A DNA stretch of 63,763 bases, filler included, from Craspedostauros australis (GCA_030167865.1; 17 parts of 17 records of this genome joined end to end with filler, not necessarily neighbours in it), one strand, 5' to 3'; shown: positions 25,554-38,980, counted from the whole stretch's first letter. A program made the numbers and translations. The notes: generated by a model from the letters alone, not told the origin.

Positions 25554-26528
25554 ATGAAGCTGTTCGCCGCAGCATCGTTGCTCGCCATGAGCTCCGCCTG
25601 GAGTGCTGCCTTTGTTGCAGCCGAGGTAAGCCACCACCATGTGATGCATGCCGACACTGCGAACCATGTGGAGGACGATGGTGGTTCCAATGCTGGAATC
25701 AACATGGAATCAACATGGGCCAACATGCAAGAGGATGTCCATGATGCGCTGCGATGATCCATCAATCGACGGACAGATGACCACAAATGAAGCACGCACA
25801 TCAGCAGATCAACCCATCAAACACATCAAATACATCACCAATGCTTCATGCGATGTCATGTCATTTGATGGAGAATTCCGATGCGCTCGACGTCGATGGC
25901 CATTCTCACTCTCTCCTCTTCTGTCCTTACGATCTATAATATATATATATCTCTATCTCTCTCGCATTGCCACACTCTCACTGCTAACCATCACTTCACC
26001 GGCAGGAGTACACGCTGCTAGCTCCATGTGTCATCACACAAAAGCATGTTTCGTACAGGGACCGCGCACCATCCCGTGTGGCCAAGTGCAAGCTGCATGG
26101 AGTCGACGCCGCAAAGTTCGGAGGAGTCCACCTCAACATCGAGGGATTGACGCCAGAATGGATCGACGAGAATGACGTCGTCCCATCCCCCCTGGCCATG
26201 CACACCCTCTTCATCGAGGGTGCCGTCATGAACAACGATGACTACACCCTCCGACTGCCGGAAGGCAAGACCATCGAGGACATGGCCATCGACATCAACG
26301 GCGTTGAGACCAGCAACCGCAGGCTCAGAGATTCCGACACCTCTCGTCAGCTCGAAGACCTGCCCTCGCAACTTGCGATGGGCGACAAGACCTTCCTCAT
26401 CATCCGCGTTCTGACCAACAGCGGCGCGACGAGCGTCCCGCGGCAGGATATCATCGACAACTGCCTGGGCAAGTCGCCAAACTTCATCCAGCAATTTTCC
26501 GACATGTCCTTCGGCAAGCTCACCTTGA
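25554..26528 (+). CDS. Secreted protein resembling the N-terminal part of diatom gametolysin-like (M11) metallopeptidases; exons 25554-25625 and 26006->26528
   Basis: 24-aa signal exon MKLFAAASLLAMSSAWSAAFVAAE; phase-0 intron GTAAGC..GCTAAC..CAG joins in frame; RRL site, GDKTFLIIRV, NFIQQFSDMSFGKL. The HExxH site is not reached before the gap. Confidence 0.6.
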
Positions 26529-27079
26529 NNNNNNNNNNNNNNNNNNNNNNNNNNNNNNNNNNNNNNNNNNNNTTAATTAATTAANNNNNNNNNNNNNNNN
26601 NNNNNNNNNNNNNNNNNNNNNNNNNNNNGCCAGTGTGCTGAGAGCAAGATGGCTTTGTTGGTGAATGCGAGGGTAAGCTGCTGCTGTTTCGATTTTATGA
26701 CAACATCTTCAATGCATCTTGCCTTCTCCTTCGACCAGCTTTCGTGACATGCTCTTGATATGGTGGAAATACGCGCACGTACGAGCATTTCTGGTGGAAC
26801 ACTCGCGCGTGCATTCGTAGTTGTGGTGGTGGTGATGGCTGTGTGAGCATCTCTGTGCATCAATCATCACATTACATCACATCATAGAATGCACGATTAC
26901 TCGTACTCATACACATGACATTTGACACCAACCTTCTGAGCAATTTGGTGCCATGCAGGCAAGTGAAATCGATGAGTGTTGGGCTCCTCGGATGCATCCC
27001 AACTCCCTGTTCTTTCTTTCTCTGTGTATAGTACTGCGATGTGTGATAGAATATTATGCATCACTAGCACACCCATGCA

Positions 27080-27083
<4 letters not shown>

Positions 27084-27119
<36 letters not shown>
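27084..27119. repeat. (CT)n microsatellite
   Basis: Perfect dinucleotide run. Confidence 0.95.
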
Positions 27120-27123
<4 letters not shown>

Positions 27124-27595
27124 CAGGGAGAGTCGCGAGGAGCATGTCTGCAGGGCCAGATGATGTCTGATTTGCGGGAGTCATCCTGCTCGCTCATTTG
27201 TTTCACGCTGTTCTGTGTGAATCGGTGTCAAGCGTTGGTTTCGGCAGCGTGATGTTCGAGTTCAATGACATTTTTGCATCCGTGACGTCCACGCTTGGTT
27301 TGTGTTGATTGCAATAGAGAGATCTAACCTGTTGGATTCAACGCAAGGTCAGGCCTTCGAGTTGGTATGACCTTCTATGTGTGAGTGAATTGGTTGACGT
27401 CCCTCTGTGCCGTACGACTATGCCGGATTGGTGGGGTGAACAAGAGTGTGATGCGTGATTGTGAATTTGGCATGGAGGGTGCGACTGATTCACTTCAGGA
27501 GGATTGTTCGGTTCCTGTTGGGCCAAATGATGTGTGATTGAGAACATCACGGAAGAGTGACAACCAAGCAAGAAGCATGAGGAACAATCTTGTCT

Positions 27596-27664
27596 GGTCA
27601 TCCTGTGTGTTCATTGGAACATGTGCAGCTTCCTTCACATTGTCACATGGTGGTACGTCAATAC
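27596..27664 (+). repeat. 69-bp dispersed repeat, copy 1
   Basis: 62 of 69 positions identical to 38981-39049. Confidence 0.85.
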
Positions 27665-28372
27665 GTAGGAGTATACTTATTACTCTACTCTATTGAAGTG
27701 CTAATGTGGGGGGTAGTTGTGGACTGGCCGACAGTCAGTCGACCGAGTCCTTGCGCCACTGGTGGCAGGCAGAGCTTCGCAACGTGTGGAAGAACATGCA
27801 GCTCGATTCCAGATACGTGCCCATATGTTTTCCTGGATTGGACATTTGGAACGACAGCGTCAAGTTCCCATGGTTATCCTTTTTTGGTCAATATTGGGTG
27901 GGAGTTGAGGTTCATCTAAGAATCGACTACTTTCCTATAGAGTGTCCTGTGTCGTCGCTTGAAATTGCTGTTGGCGCGCAATCGCCCAAACCCGACGACT
28001 GCCAGATCTTTCCTTGTCCTCCCCTCTTTTCAGTCACGAACCTTACCCGATTCCTATGCTACGGTCCGTCTAAGCCAACCAACGCATGTGGGAACTATAT
28101 GCTCCCCCGATCTTATCAGATAGGGCCACCTGGATTCCCTTTTGCTGCCACGGCATCCGCTGACTATGCCAGCTTCACCGCGCGCAATCTACACTGCTTC
28201 AACCACAGCAATGGAATCTTGACACAGGTCCAAGCTGCTGACTCCGGCTGCATAGCTCCCGTTGCTTCAACATCTGCTGAAGCCACAAGACCTCTTGCAT
28301 GACATCGCTAGCGATCGAGAGGAGAAGGATAAAGGGGAAAGTACAGTCTCTCTTCAGCACCGAACCATGAGG

Positions 28373-28607
28373 ATCAGTGCAGAGTCGTTCCAACGCAACG
28401 AATATCGTTTCTTCGTCCTGCCTATAGCAATACTAACTCATAATACCAAGTTCAGATTAGTACAACACTTCTACTCTATTCATCGTATCAAGTTCTAACA
28501 GTTAACTACGTTCAAGTCCCGTGAGCTGCATCAATCGGTCTTCATCAGAAGCCAGCAGTCCACAAGGCCTACTCCGGTTCGTCTGCAAAAGCACACGAAT
28601 CCCAACT
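28373..28607 (-). mobile_element. Diverged terminal repeat of a YR retroelement, ~105 bp downstream of the YR gene
   Basis: Collinear blocks ATCAGTGCAG, ATCGTTTCTTC, CTAACTCATAATA, CTGCATCA, GAAGCCRGCAG and GAATCCYAACT shared with 35247-35487 and 45062-45302. Confidence 0.75.
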
Positions 28608-28712
28608 GTGGGCGAAGATGATGGCACCTACCTTGAATCAGCTCCACTGTGGCAGTGTGTGTGCTGGCACAATGGAGCCATTCTCTCCCCCCTCGTCATC
28701 CCTGAAGATGTA

Positions 28713-29446
28713 TCACACCTGCTTCAAGTACTCCAATACTGCAGGAAGCAGGGACTCCAGCGCTGAGTAGGTGTCCACCATGTCCAGTCTTGGGTTTCCG
28801 GAGACTGAGTTGGCTTCGGTTCGCCATCTGTTGTTTGCCATGATGATATCTCTTGGAACACGCATGTTGATTGCGTGAGAAGTGTATCCTCTGCGAGCTG
28901 AGCTGTCAACTCTGTATTTGTCTTGGATGTCCACCTCTGTATCGATGAGGCCTTGGGCCTGCAAGGCCTCCAGCGCCACGTATACGTTGCCACGGAACTC
29001 TAGAAGCCTTGGCGGATTCAGTTTCCTCGTCAAGAGCTTGCCATTACGAAGTCCCACACCTTCGACTTGTTGCACCATTCGCTTGATCCATTTGCTGGGT
29101 TGCAATCCGGTGCCTGAAGTTGTCCTCACACATGGAACATCGAATCGTGCTCCATTGTGCATGTTGCCTTTGGTGAGATCGATGATGGCAAGCCATGTGT
29201 GCGGAAGCTTCGCGTCTTGAAGATGCTTGAGACTCATAGAGGTAGCAAGAAGATTGATTTGTAGCATCTCCTCTCCCTGCAGCCCAGTGCAGAAAGCCAC
29301 AATCGTAAACATAGCCACTTCTGTGGTTCTCTTGTGCTGTGAGTGATTGTTGTCCATTTTCCATTCGTGCTCCAACAGAGCTTCCAGCCCATGGATCTCG
29401 TCAATGGTGTAGGCATGAGCTGGCTTGCAGATTTGACCAACTCTCC
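28713..29446 (-). pseudogene. Tyrosine recombinase of DIRS/Ngaro-type retroelement; catalytic Arg apparently mutated, 5' part cut by an LTR
   Basis: FCTGLQGEE (cf. GLRGEE), SARRGYTSHA, NRWR, MVDTY; frame extends upstream of the listed ORF to the LTR junction. Confidence 0.75.
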
Positions 29447-29832
29447 TGTTGGAAATCCAGGGCTATTAGGAGCCTAATGTGCTATTCGATTGCGCCATTT
29501 TGGAACTGTGAGATCAATTTCATTACCTCCTTTCAATTCCAATTTGATAGCAAGCATAATCCGTAGCAGCACACCATGATCATATGCATGTCCATGATTG
29601 CTTTCATCTACTTCATCATCATCTTGCTCTCTCTCTCTCTTGCAGTTTCATCATGCATTTCAGCTCCATCGTAGCTGTTCTCCATTTGAGCAGTACTTCT
29701 TGTAACCTTACGGGTACCTCTGCATGGGTCTCACATTGATCAGTCTCACATCATCATCGATTCTTCAGTATTGCTCCCACACCACCACCACATCATCTGC
29801 AATCATGTTTGTCAGATGTTGCATTGTCATTC
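29447..29832 (+). mobile_element. Solo-LTR-like family A, copy 3 (runs into gap)
   Basis: Starts TGTTGGAAATCCAGGG and contains TTGGAACTGTGAGA. Confidence 0.7.
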
Positions 29833-32779
29833 NNNNNNNNNNNNNNNNNNNNNNNNNNNNNNNNNNNNNNNNNNNNTTAATTAATTAANNNNNNNNNNNN
29901 NNNNNNNNNNNNNNNNNNNNNNNNNNNNNNNNGGCGGAAAGGAGGCAATGTGACGTCGCGTGTATGGGAATGGGGATGTCTTGGAGCAGACACGAGGGGA
30001 TGGAAGGAGAGCAAAGCGGACGTCATTGGCACGTTCACATGGTGCTGGACAACGCCCAGGGCACGCACATCAATAAGCGCAACATCACGCCGACACGGGA
30101 AAGGCGTGCTCTAGTAGTCGCATGAGTCGATGATCCGAACGAACAAAGCACGGCACAACACGCTTCAAGCGTGAATAAAGTACAAATCGACACATGTGGT
30201 GTCTTTACCGCGCTTCCCTAGTGTTGTGAAACAGACCCATCGAAACCGAAGTTATGGTGGCGGAGCAGGTCGACATGCTCTTTTCACGTTCGCAGAGCCT
30301 GTTCTTTGATGCACTGTTGGCATAATTGTGATACCGCGCGCAGTTTTCGCGGCAACAACAGCGTTACCAGTGTTCGCCAAGCAGGATCCACAACAACGAA
30401 GATCGCGCATTCGAGCTTTTCAAACGTGGTCAAATCTAACGAATATGATTCTTCATCATGGTATCGAGAATGAGCTTCACATCCCAGATACTTTATACGG
30501 ACATACAGTCATATGAAACCATATGTCCGTTAATGGGGCATTGGTATGTATAGCCATATATTGCGGACAAGTAGCCGCATTGTATCGTCCGTTATTGTAA
30601 TCGGACGTGTTTGGTATCATGGGAATCGAACACGACGGATCTTCGAGAGCGTTGCTCAACCGCACTCGGAGTGATCCTACACCAAAGTGCTTCGAAAACC
30701 GGTTGCGATCCGAGCCCATGGTCATGCCAATATCCATGTCCATGGATACGATAGGATCATTGGAAGAGCATCGCACGAGAGAGTGCGAGGCATGAACGGC
30801 ACTATCGGGTCTCGGACTTGTCGCATGGCATTCTTACCACAATACTCTGCTGTGGATGGTATCGTGACGTACGCGTGGAGTATTGGTTGTGGGAGCTTGA
30901 TGTGACGACTACTCAACGATTCTTCCTCCATTATCGTCATCGAGTCACCGCGGTCATCATCCATGTGGTGGCTCCCACCATGCGGCGACAAGTGCGGAAC
31001 ATCCCATGGCAAGCGGGAAAGAGGCTCGTCGGCAGTTGTGGATGTGAAGGCGTCCATGGCTTCGCGTGTTATTATCATACCTACTCTACAAGGCCACCTG
31101 ATGCATGATGCGCGGGCAAATCGCTGCTGTTGCGGCTATGCGATTTCATCCACGGGTCCTTGGGCTCTCAATCTCCAGTGATAGGTCGTACTCGTGGGTG
31201 GAGCACATACGGCGTGAAGGTGAAACCTCCTCCAACGAAAAACCCCTGCCGCGCGCTTGCAAAAGGATGTGGGCAGGCGATGTGCCCGCAACAGCGGGAG
31301 CACAGCAGAGAACTCGGCTCGATTCAACTCTATCATTTCCTATTATGTATTCTTTGCTACACTATTCAACATGGAGTCTTCCTCTTTGCGTCCATCGATA
31401 GTATCACAGTATTCAAGTAGAATAGAATACATGAATTGCTCGAGTTTTCAGCACAGCGCTCTGCTCCCATTTGCTTGCTTGCTCCGCGGGTACTCTGATA
31501 CAGGGCGGTCTGAGGATGCGTTGCGCCCGCGATGGTGTGGCAGATCAACTCGATGCGAAATGATGATCCAAGTTTCTGTACCATGGGACAAAGTGTCACA
31601 ATCGTCCAAAGGGGTCATTGGGTCTTTGGCGCACGGATTTGTGATGCGGAGAAGTTGAAGTCGCTCGTGGGGTGACGAATGGTGCTTTGTCGGCTGAGTG
31701 CTGGTGCGAAGCCAGAAAGAGTAGCCACGGCAGTGTTCCATTTGTGCTCGCGAGTAGGCATTGCGCCAACGAGCCCAACACGAACACAGGGTAAGAGCTG
31801 CGACCTAACGCTTCAGAGATCGCGCCCTACTGCGTCGCAAAGAACATGAGGGTGGCAGTAGTGGCGGTAGAGACGTCGAGTAGAGTACCAATGAACTGTT
31901 GCATGGTGGGGGCAGAGTCAGCAGGCAGCGTACCTGTTGGCAACCCAGAACACGATCTCCAAGATAGATCTTACCATGTATGGTTGTGCCATCACCCAAG
32001 CACGAACACGAGCACGAGCAGCCTTTGAGTGTCGGCGATGTACAGGAACTCGGAATCGGCTGTGGGCGAAGGACGCAATCAAGCAGAGAGCACGGGGAGC
32101 TCATCCAAACAGGACCGGTAGGGAAAGAAGATATGGCGTTTGTCCTTGAGGACAGGGAGAGAGCACGAATTCGTGTTTGCTTCCGCAGGTGAAATGGTCT
32201 TGCGCTTTTTGGGGCGCTTCGGAGGCCCAAAGCGATCACGGCTTTGTCCTTGTCTCAATCCCCAACCGCGTCCACCTGTCGGCCTCGCGACTTATCACGT
32301 CTCACGAACAAGATCACCAAGGTGGCGTCCCAACCATCATTGAATCGCGGTGCCAAAACAATCATTCTTTGGCTTCGATAAAGCGGATGAATACAGGCAG
32401 TCTTTTTACTCGGTGAGAGCCAAGCCATTCACCGGAATTGCGGCCGAGGAGAAAGCGTGTGGGATTCGCCTTGATCAATCCTCCCACAAACGAACTCCTG
32501 GAGGAACAGAAAAGTATCTCCACCCAGCCACAAAACGATCAATGATGCAAGACGCCAGGAGTCGCGTGCGAACGCCGAGGTTGTGATGGTTTGTGCTCTT
32601 TTGCGCGTTTGGTTGTGGGTACGTGTTCAGCGTCCATCCCCCTGCTTCTTTCACCCATTGTCTCCATCCCCGCTTTGCCTTCACTTGCTTGGGTCTGTCT
32701 CCGTGGCCAACAACATGCCCAGTTTCTCACGTTGCCATACTTTTCCAAAAACCGCACATTCGCACCAAATTCATCGCCA

Positions 32780-34958
32780 ATGGATCTGCCCAAGATGGAC
32801 CGGCAAACGATGCCCGTCGTGGACGATGGGACCCAGTCTGCTTACGGCGATGGAAACGACGTTGACAGCACCTTTGCGACTGATGATGGCACCAACGAGA
32901 TCGAAGAAGTTCGCAATGATTCTCGCTGGGATACGATCAAGGTCCGCATCTGGCGTATTCTCTTGACCGCATCGTTGCTCATCACAGCCTGCGCAGTCAC
33001 GTGGATCACCTACCGATCTCTCGACGATGAGCAGAACGACAACTTTGAGACCGCGGTGAGTTCATCGAACCATGAACGTGTCACAACGTCGTCACTCGCC
33101 GAGTGTCAACGTCATCTCGGTCCGTGTGAAGCTTCCACGAGTCTCTTGCCAGCGGCATTGCGTTGTACAAGCGCACACCTCTCTCACTCCAAACCTCTTC
33201 CCTCTTGTCCCATCGTGCTATGCTGTATCATACTATGCCATGATCTGCATACTCTACTTTCTCGGATGCATCATCCCCATCTGCTCGATCCCTGAATGCC
33301 TCGTCTCGCCTCACACACCACACGCCACGAAACATGCGATGCACAATACACAACATGCAATACACAACATACAATACACAACATACAATACACAACACGA
33401 TCAACAGTTCGAACAATTCTCGAGAACTATCGGCGATGCCGCCGTGGACCAGCAGGAGGCCTTGCATCTTGCCTACCACGGCTTTGCTGACACGATCTCA
33501 TCGCAAACCGATGGAAGCGGGAAAGAGTGGCCATTTGTCTCGATCCCATTCTTCAACAAGAATGCAGCCACTGTGTTGAAGGAATCTAGAAGTGAGGGAC
33601 TCCTACTGAGTCACGCTGTGAAGTCGGAGCAGCGAGAAGCGTGGGAGAACTGGACCATCCATCATCACATCGATCTGGTGGAGGAGGCCCACATGCTGGA
33701 GGATGGCAACCTCGACGATCTCAATCCCGTCGGATTCCACCCCTTCATATCCCAGTTCGCACGAAATGGATCATTCATCCGCGCCGATGACCGCCCCATA
33801 CACTTTCCAGTGTGGGAATACGCGCCTGCTCCCTTCACCTTCGGTTTCATCAACTGGGATGCGATAAATGACCAAACGAGGATCAACGCCCTTTTCAAGC
33901 TTAGTGACGAACTGCTTTACAGCGACATTGATGCCTACTACGATGCCTCTCTCGGCGTCGCTTTCACTGAAGAAGAACACGAAGCCATGCACTCTCAACT
34001 TGGCGACTCTGATGTCAGCCATCCCCACAGCTACTTCGATCTCCCAGTGCACAAGAAGGTGGGCGATCCAAGCTCTGAGGTCGTCGCAATCCTCAGCGGC
34101 GCTGTTGCTTGGGATGCATCTCTGAACAAACTCTTGCCGGATGGAGTGGAGGGTATCATCACAGTGGTAAAGAACACATGCAACCAATCCTTCACATACG
34201 AAATCATCGGAGCTGACGCTGTCTTTCTGGGAAATGGTGAGTCACAAGCTCTTCGCTACACTGACCTAATGTTGTGAACAAAGAAGCAGAAACCAATGCC
34301 TTCAACCATACACATATTGCACCTCCGGAGTCCGAATACCGTACTTTCTCCACCAACACCATCTAACCCACCCTCTGCTCTCCACACATTCTCCGTGCTT
34401 CGTGCTTCACACTTGCATGCCCCACAGGCGACAAGCATGACACGAAATACGACAAGTTCGAAAAGTCTGTCACTCTCTCCCAGCCCAAGAACAAGACCCG
34501 TCTTGCGAACGAACCAGGACATTGCATGTACACCATGCACATCTACCCGTCGCAAAGATTTGAGGACAGGTACGACACCTTCACACCCGAAAGGTTCGGA
34601 ATCATCGTCATGGCGACCTTCGTCTTTGTCATCGCCGTTTTCTTCGTCTACGACCTGTTCGTCTACAAGCGAAACGAAAACCTGGTGGAGAATGTTGCAA
34701 GATCCAATGCCATCGTATCATCCTTGTTTCCCAAGAACATCCGCCGCCGATTGTTGGAGCAGGAAGCGATTGCTCGCAACAGCGCAGGTGGCGATGGCAA
34801 GACAGCAGCCAACAAACGCATCGCAAACTTGAAGAACTATCTCAGCGGACACACGTCGGAGGATTCGGCGAACGAAAAGCCATTGGCCGATCTGTTCCTG
34901 GAAACGACCATTCTGTTTGCTGACATCGCTGGTTTCACAGCCTGGAGCTCAGTCCGAG
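32780..34958 (+). CDS. Receptor-type class III adenylate/guanylate cyclase; exons 32780-33055, 33408-34236, 34428-34958; 3' part missing
   Basis: TM1, extracellular sensor region (WPFVSIPFF), GDKHD, TM2, RSNAIVSSLFP, PLADLFLETTILFADIAGFTAWSSVR; canonical GT-AG introns in compatible phases (0 and 1). Confidence 0.92.
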
Positions 34959-35246
34959 GTAAGCGGTTGCGCCCGTAGTGTTGTCCGAGAGCTTGAATTG
35001 CACTGTCGTTAATATCCGACGTTGTTGTTGCCATTGCTGCTATCATTGCTGCTGCCATTGCTACTGCTGATGTGCTGCCGCCGCTGCTTCGCCATCGTCC
35101 TTCTCACGTTTTCTGGATTATGCTTTGGATTGCTTCGTTTCAACCCNNNNNNNNNNNNNNNNNNNNNNNNNNNNNNNNNNNNNNNNNNNNTTAATTAATT
35201 AANNNNNNNNNNNNNNNNNNNNNNNNNNNNNNNNNNNNNNNNNNNN

Positions 35247-35487
35247 TGCATCAGTGCAGGGTCTCGCCAAGTTGTGTGGCATCGTTTCTTCACCCTACTA
35301 ACACCAATAAGCTAACTCATAATAACGGACAAGGATTAGCTACAAAGCACTCTACTTCTCATCGTTACAAGTTATAACTATTCAAACAGCACACCTCTCT
35401 TGAACTGCATCACACGGCTATCCCGAAGCCGGCAGATTCACGAGGCATTCTCCACCGATTCGCGACGCCTACGCACGAATCCTAACT
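35247..35487 (-). mobile_element. YR-retroelement terminal repeat (241 bp), inserted in the Cys-rich gene
   Basis: Identical to 45062-45302; terminus AGTTAGGATTCG. Confidence 0.8.
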
Positions 35488-37634
35488 CCTCCCTTACAAC
35501 TGTCAAGGATGATTGCGTTGGGATATGTGAACTTGCATGCGTTTTTCCCAGAACATGATCCTGAGGTCACCGTCATGACACCACCATTCGTAGAGTCAAT
35601 GGTGCAAGCAGTAGTGCCGCTGCAGCATGAGCCACCACACGCTGTCGCCACCACACCCGGGCTACCAGTGAAGATCTTCGTGTTTTCCTTCGCGATGGCC
35701 AACAATGCGTTGGTCACACTTTCGACATTCTTGATCTTGTTAAAGCGTTCCTGCGCCACATCCACTGTCACAGGCTGTGGGGGGTTTGCATCATTGCATC
35801 CAAAGATGCTCTTGATCATCTTCCCCTTGATGCCAACAAGCTCAAGCTCGGCAAGGAAGTTTGCGCATGATCCCGTCGGAGAATCACATACGGGATCGCT
35901 GCCAATCTCATTGTATGTTGATTCGACATCTCCAGGGGTGCTAAGACACCCAAAGTTGAAGGGGGCTGCTATTGGAGCTGCCGTCGGATCTGATGTAGGA
36001 GCTGCCGTCGGAGCCGATGTGGGAACTGTTGGGGCTGATGTAGGAGCTGACATAGGGGCCGATGTAGGAGCCGATGTAGAACCTGAAGTGGGGGCTGATG
36101 TGGGAGCTGACGTGAGAATCGTAGGGAAAGGAGTGGGAGAAAAAGTCGGAGAGTCTGTGGGCAAGGTGTCCTTGCCAATACAGTACTCATTCACTTTGTC
36201 ACCAGTAGGATTGCCCCCGGAGCTGCTGCCTCCCTTTGGACAGGCCCCATCGACATCGCTGATGAAGTAGAATTCATCAGGGCTGCACTCGTCCTTCGTC
36301 ATGCATCCTCTGCAGCCTTTGGCATCGCCGCATCCACCAGGAGGGACGATGATGTCCGTCCTCATCATGTCATTCAAGCCCATCTTCTCACATGACCCAT
36401 CGGCGGCACAGCCACCAGCACCAATGGTGAGGCTGCCTGCCGGCTTCCCACCAGTACCATAGTTGACAGTGGAATGGGCATCCTCGCAGGCATTGCTGCC
36501 CACGCACGCATTCGCCCCGATGTCGATGTGGCTGCGGATGCGGATGAGGCCCTTCTGTGCGACGCGGCGGCCGGCTGAGCTGCATGCGTCTAATCCGATG
36601 CATGCGCCAGTCTGGATGGTGACATCGCCATGGGAACGGCGTCCCACTCCCTCACAAGATTGAGGGGTGGTGCATGCCATCTCACCGACGAAGGTGACTC
36701 CTGTGATGGACGGATTGATTTCATTTTCGTTCATCAACTTGCATGCGCTGTCTCCAGTGCAGGAGGAATCGAGAATGAGGGGATTGGGCCCCATATCCTT
36801 GCAGGCGCTGTCGCCAGTGCATGATGTGATCGCGACGGTCATGAATGGAGGAGAGTTGGAGGCGGAACCGGTGACTGAAGTGCATCCCGAGGGTCCTTGG
36901 CAGCATGGGTCTGCGACGACAGGCGATTGCATCGCAGCGATGGCCACGCATGCTTCCTTCATGGCATCCGGACGTTCGGTGACGAGGATCGCGTTGGTGG
37001 CAGCAACCAGGGCCAATTGGCCAGCAAGGATGTCGCTGGATGCGTACTTGTTGAAGAGCTTGCGTGCAGCTCCTTCGCCGAGGTCTCCTGCGCATCCGAA
37101 GAAGTTCTGCAATTGCTCGGATTCCCTCACGGCAGTCACGGCCTCGCGGCAGGATGGCTTGTTCGCATCGCAGATAATAGTCTTGCCGCTTGTTTCTTGT
37201 GATGAGAGGTCGGTGATTCCATCGGGCTCGCAAAAAACTTCGATGGTGGAATCGAAGATGGCTGGAGCGGCTGTTGGCTTTGATGTTGGCAGGAGAGTTG
37301 GTTGAGAGGTCGGCGAAGAGGTTGGCTGGGCCACAGGCGTCATCGAGGGCATCTCCGAAATCAAGCCTGTCGGCGGTCCAGTGGGCAATGCGGTTGGCGC
37401 GATTGTTTCTGGATCAACCGGGTTCTCAGTGGGTGGCACTCGTTCGCCCTTGTTTTGTTTCGCCGCCTTCGCGTTGTCATCAGCGCCGTCCTTGAGGGCG
37501 CGGATCTTGTTCATCGCCGTGCGGAGTTCCTTGGTTGGGTCCAAGGGGGTCCTGTTGCCGCGCAGCACAGCGTGGACCGTTGCCGTGTCGACGAGAGCGA
37601 GAAAAGCGACGAAGGCTGCCTTGATGTAGATCAT
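35469..37634 (-). CDS. Secreted Cys-rich repeat protein with TSAP/PT linkers, paralogue 1, C-terminally truncated by insertion
   Basis: Signal peptide; closely similar to 51426-54080 up to LDSCKG, then reads into the repeat and stops. Confidence 0.85.
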   Translation of the reverse strand: MIYIKAAFVAFLALVDTATVHAVLRGNRTPLDPTKELRTAMNKIRALKDGADDNAKAAKQNKGERVPPTENPVDPETIAPTALPTGPPTGLISEMPSMTPVAQPTSSPTSQPTLLPTSKPTAAPAIFDSTIEVFCEPDGITDLSSQETSGKTIICDANKPSCREAVTAVRESEQLQNFFGCAGDLGEGAARKLFNKYASSDILAGQLALVAATNAILVTERPDAMKEACVAIAAMQSPVVADPCCQGPSGCTSVTGSASNSPPFMTVAITSCTGDSACKDMGPNPLILDSSCTGDSACKLMNENEINPSITGVTFVGEMACTTPQSCEGVGRRSHGDVTIQTGACIGLDACSSAGRRVAQKGLIRIRSHIDIGANACVGSNACEDAHSTVNYGTGGKPAGSLTIGAGGCAADGSCEKMGLNDMMRTDIIVPPGGCGDAKGCRGCMTKDECSPDEFYFISDVDGACPKGGSSSGGNPTGDKVNEYCIGKDTLPTDSPTFSPTPFPTILTSAPTSAPTSGSTSAPTSAPMSAPTSAPTVPTSAPTAAPTSDPTAAPIAAPFNFGCLSTPGDVESTYNEIGSDPVCDSPTGSCANFLAELELVGIKGKMIKSIFGCNDANPPQPVTVDVAQERFNKIKNVESVTNALLAIAKENTKIFTGSPGVVATACGGSCCSGTTACTIDSTNGGVMTVTSGSCSGKNACKFTYPNAIILDSCKGGVRIRA

Positions 37635-38516
37635 GGTTGCTGTCGGTGTCGTTGCTGTTGTCGTAACGAGAGCGGTTGGATCAATTATGTGTGCGCCAAG
37701 TTCGCGTTGAATCCGAATAGAGCACAGATAGATTGTGCAATCAGCAGGATGTTGCGATGATTCGACGAGGTGTACATGCGAAAGGAACGACGATTTTGAA
37801 AGGAAAAGCGTGAGTCAATCAAGGCTGATAGAGTTGGAGGATTTGACAGGAAGATGTTGACTAGTGCGAGTCTGAAAATTGCCATGGGAAGGCAGGATGA
37901 GGATCCATCGTGACTTTGGATAGCTCGTCGTCGCTTCAGCCTCGGATTGACCTGCGCTCACCTTGCGATAGTTGTTGGTTCCCGGCTGTTGGATGTTGGC
38001 TGTTGGCTGTTGGCTGGTGATTTGATGTCTTGCAATCTGGTGGTCGATTGGTTTTATGAGACTGACGGGATCAGTTTCGGAGGAGGACAAGTGATTTCTC
38101 GAGGGGCGGGGCGAGCCAACCAGCGGTGAACACCGCGACGTGCGTTGATGTAATGCCGTAAATGGCTGATGGCTTCCACCGTCCTCCTGCGCCAGATGTG
38201 GTCGTATCAGAGTCGAACGCTGGTGCGCATCGCATTGCAAACCCTTGTTGCGAGTGTCTGCTTGGTGGTTGACCACCTCTCCCGTGTAACTCGGGTTTGC
38301 TTCTCGAGAGGCTCCACTTCGATTCTCGGCATCGGAGGTTGCCTCCTCCGAGTTGGCAATGTGCAAGGGTAGAATTCTACAGCAAGATCTCCAGGCGCAC
38401 GAGAAAGTCCAATGTCATCCAATCATGGATGTGGCATCTCTTAGTCGTAGTACAGCTCGTGCGTGTGTTCCTTGCTGTATCAGCCAACCTTCGACGCTTG
38501 GTTCGTGTGATCCGAT

Positions 38517-38609
38517 GGCTTCCCCGGGCCGCCGACGAACCTGAATTCTGGCTTCCCCAGCTGCCGACGAACCTGGATTGTGGCTTCCCCAGCTGCCGAC
38601 GAACCTGAA
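38517..38609. repeat. Three tandem ~32-bp units GGCTTCCCCAGCTGCCGACGAACCTG...
   Basis: Direct tandem copies without unique spacers. Confidence 0.85.
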
Positions 38610-38781
38610 CATTCCCTTGGTGGGGATGAGAAGAAAGACTGAGATTTGATGCTATCACGTGACGAAGGGAACAACACGTCCATTTGGATGGTACAAATTT
38701 TAGCTTGATGCAGGGCACGATACCGCACCATAACATACGATACGATACGATAGATGCGAACCTCTTTGTTCTTAGTGTGGG

Positions 38782-38952
38782 TGAAAATCTCCTCTTTTCA
38801 ATTCATTCCTGGATGTGATGTACCTGAGAAGCACTAAGAAAAATCTCCTCTTTTCGATTAATTGTGGATGCGATCAACCCAGAGGAGCGCTGAGAAAATC
38901 CACTCTTTTCAATTAATTATGGGGGTCATGCACCCAGAGAAGCACTGAGAAA
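38782..38952. repeat. Three degenerate ~56-bp tandem units (AAAATCTCCTCTTTTC...GAGAAGCACTGAG)
   Basis: Directly visible periodicity. Confidence 0.8.
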
Positions 38953-38980
38953 TAGAACAAAGATGTTGAAGTGTCAACGG

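Noticed and set aside
28500..28560. Hammerhead ribozyme (CTGATGA on the minus strand) in the YR terminal repeat
   Set aside because: No GAAA at the right place, stems I and II do not pair, and the motif is absent from the two young copies
38517..38952. CRISPR array
   Set aside because: Units are head-to-tail without unique spacers, there are no cas genes, and the context is eukaryotic
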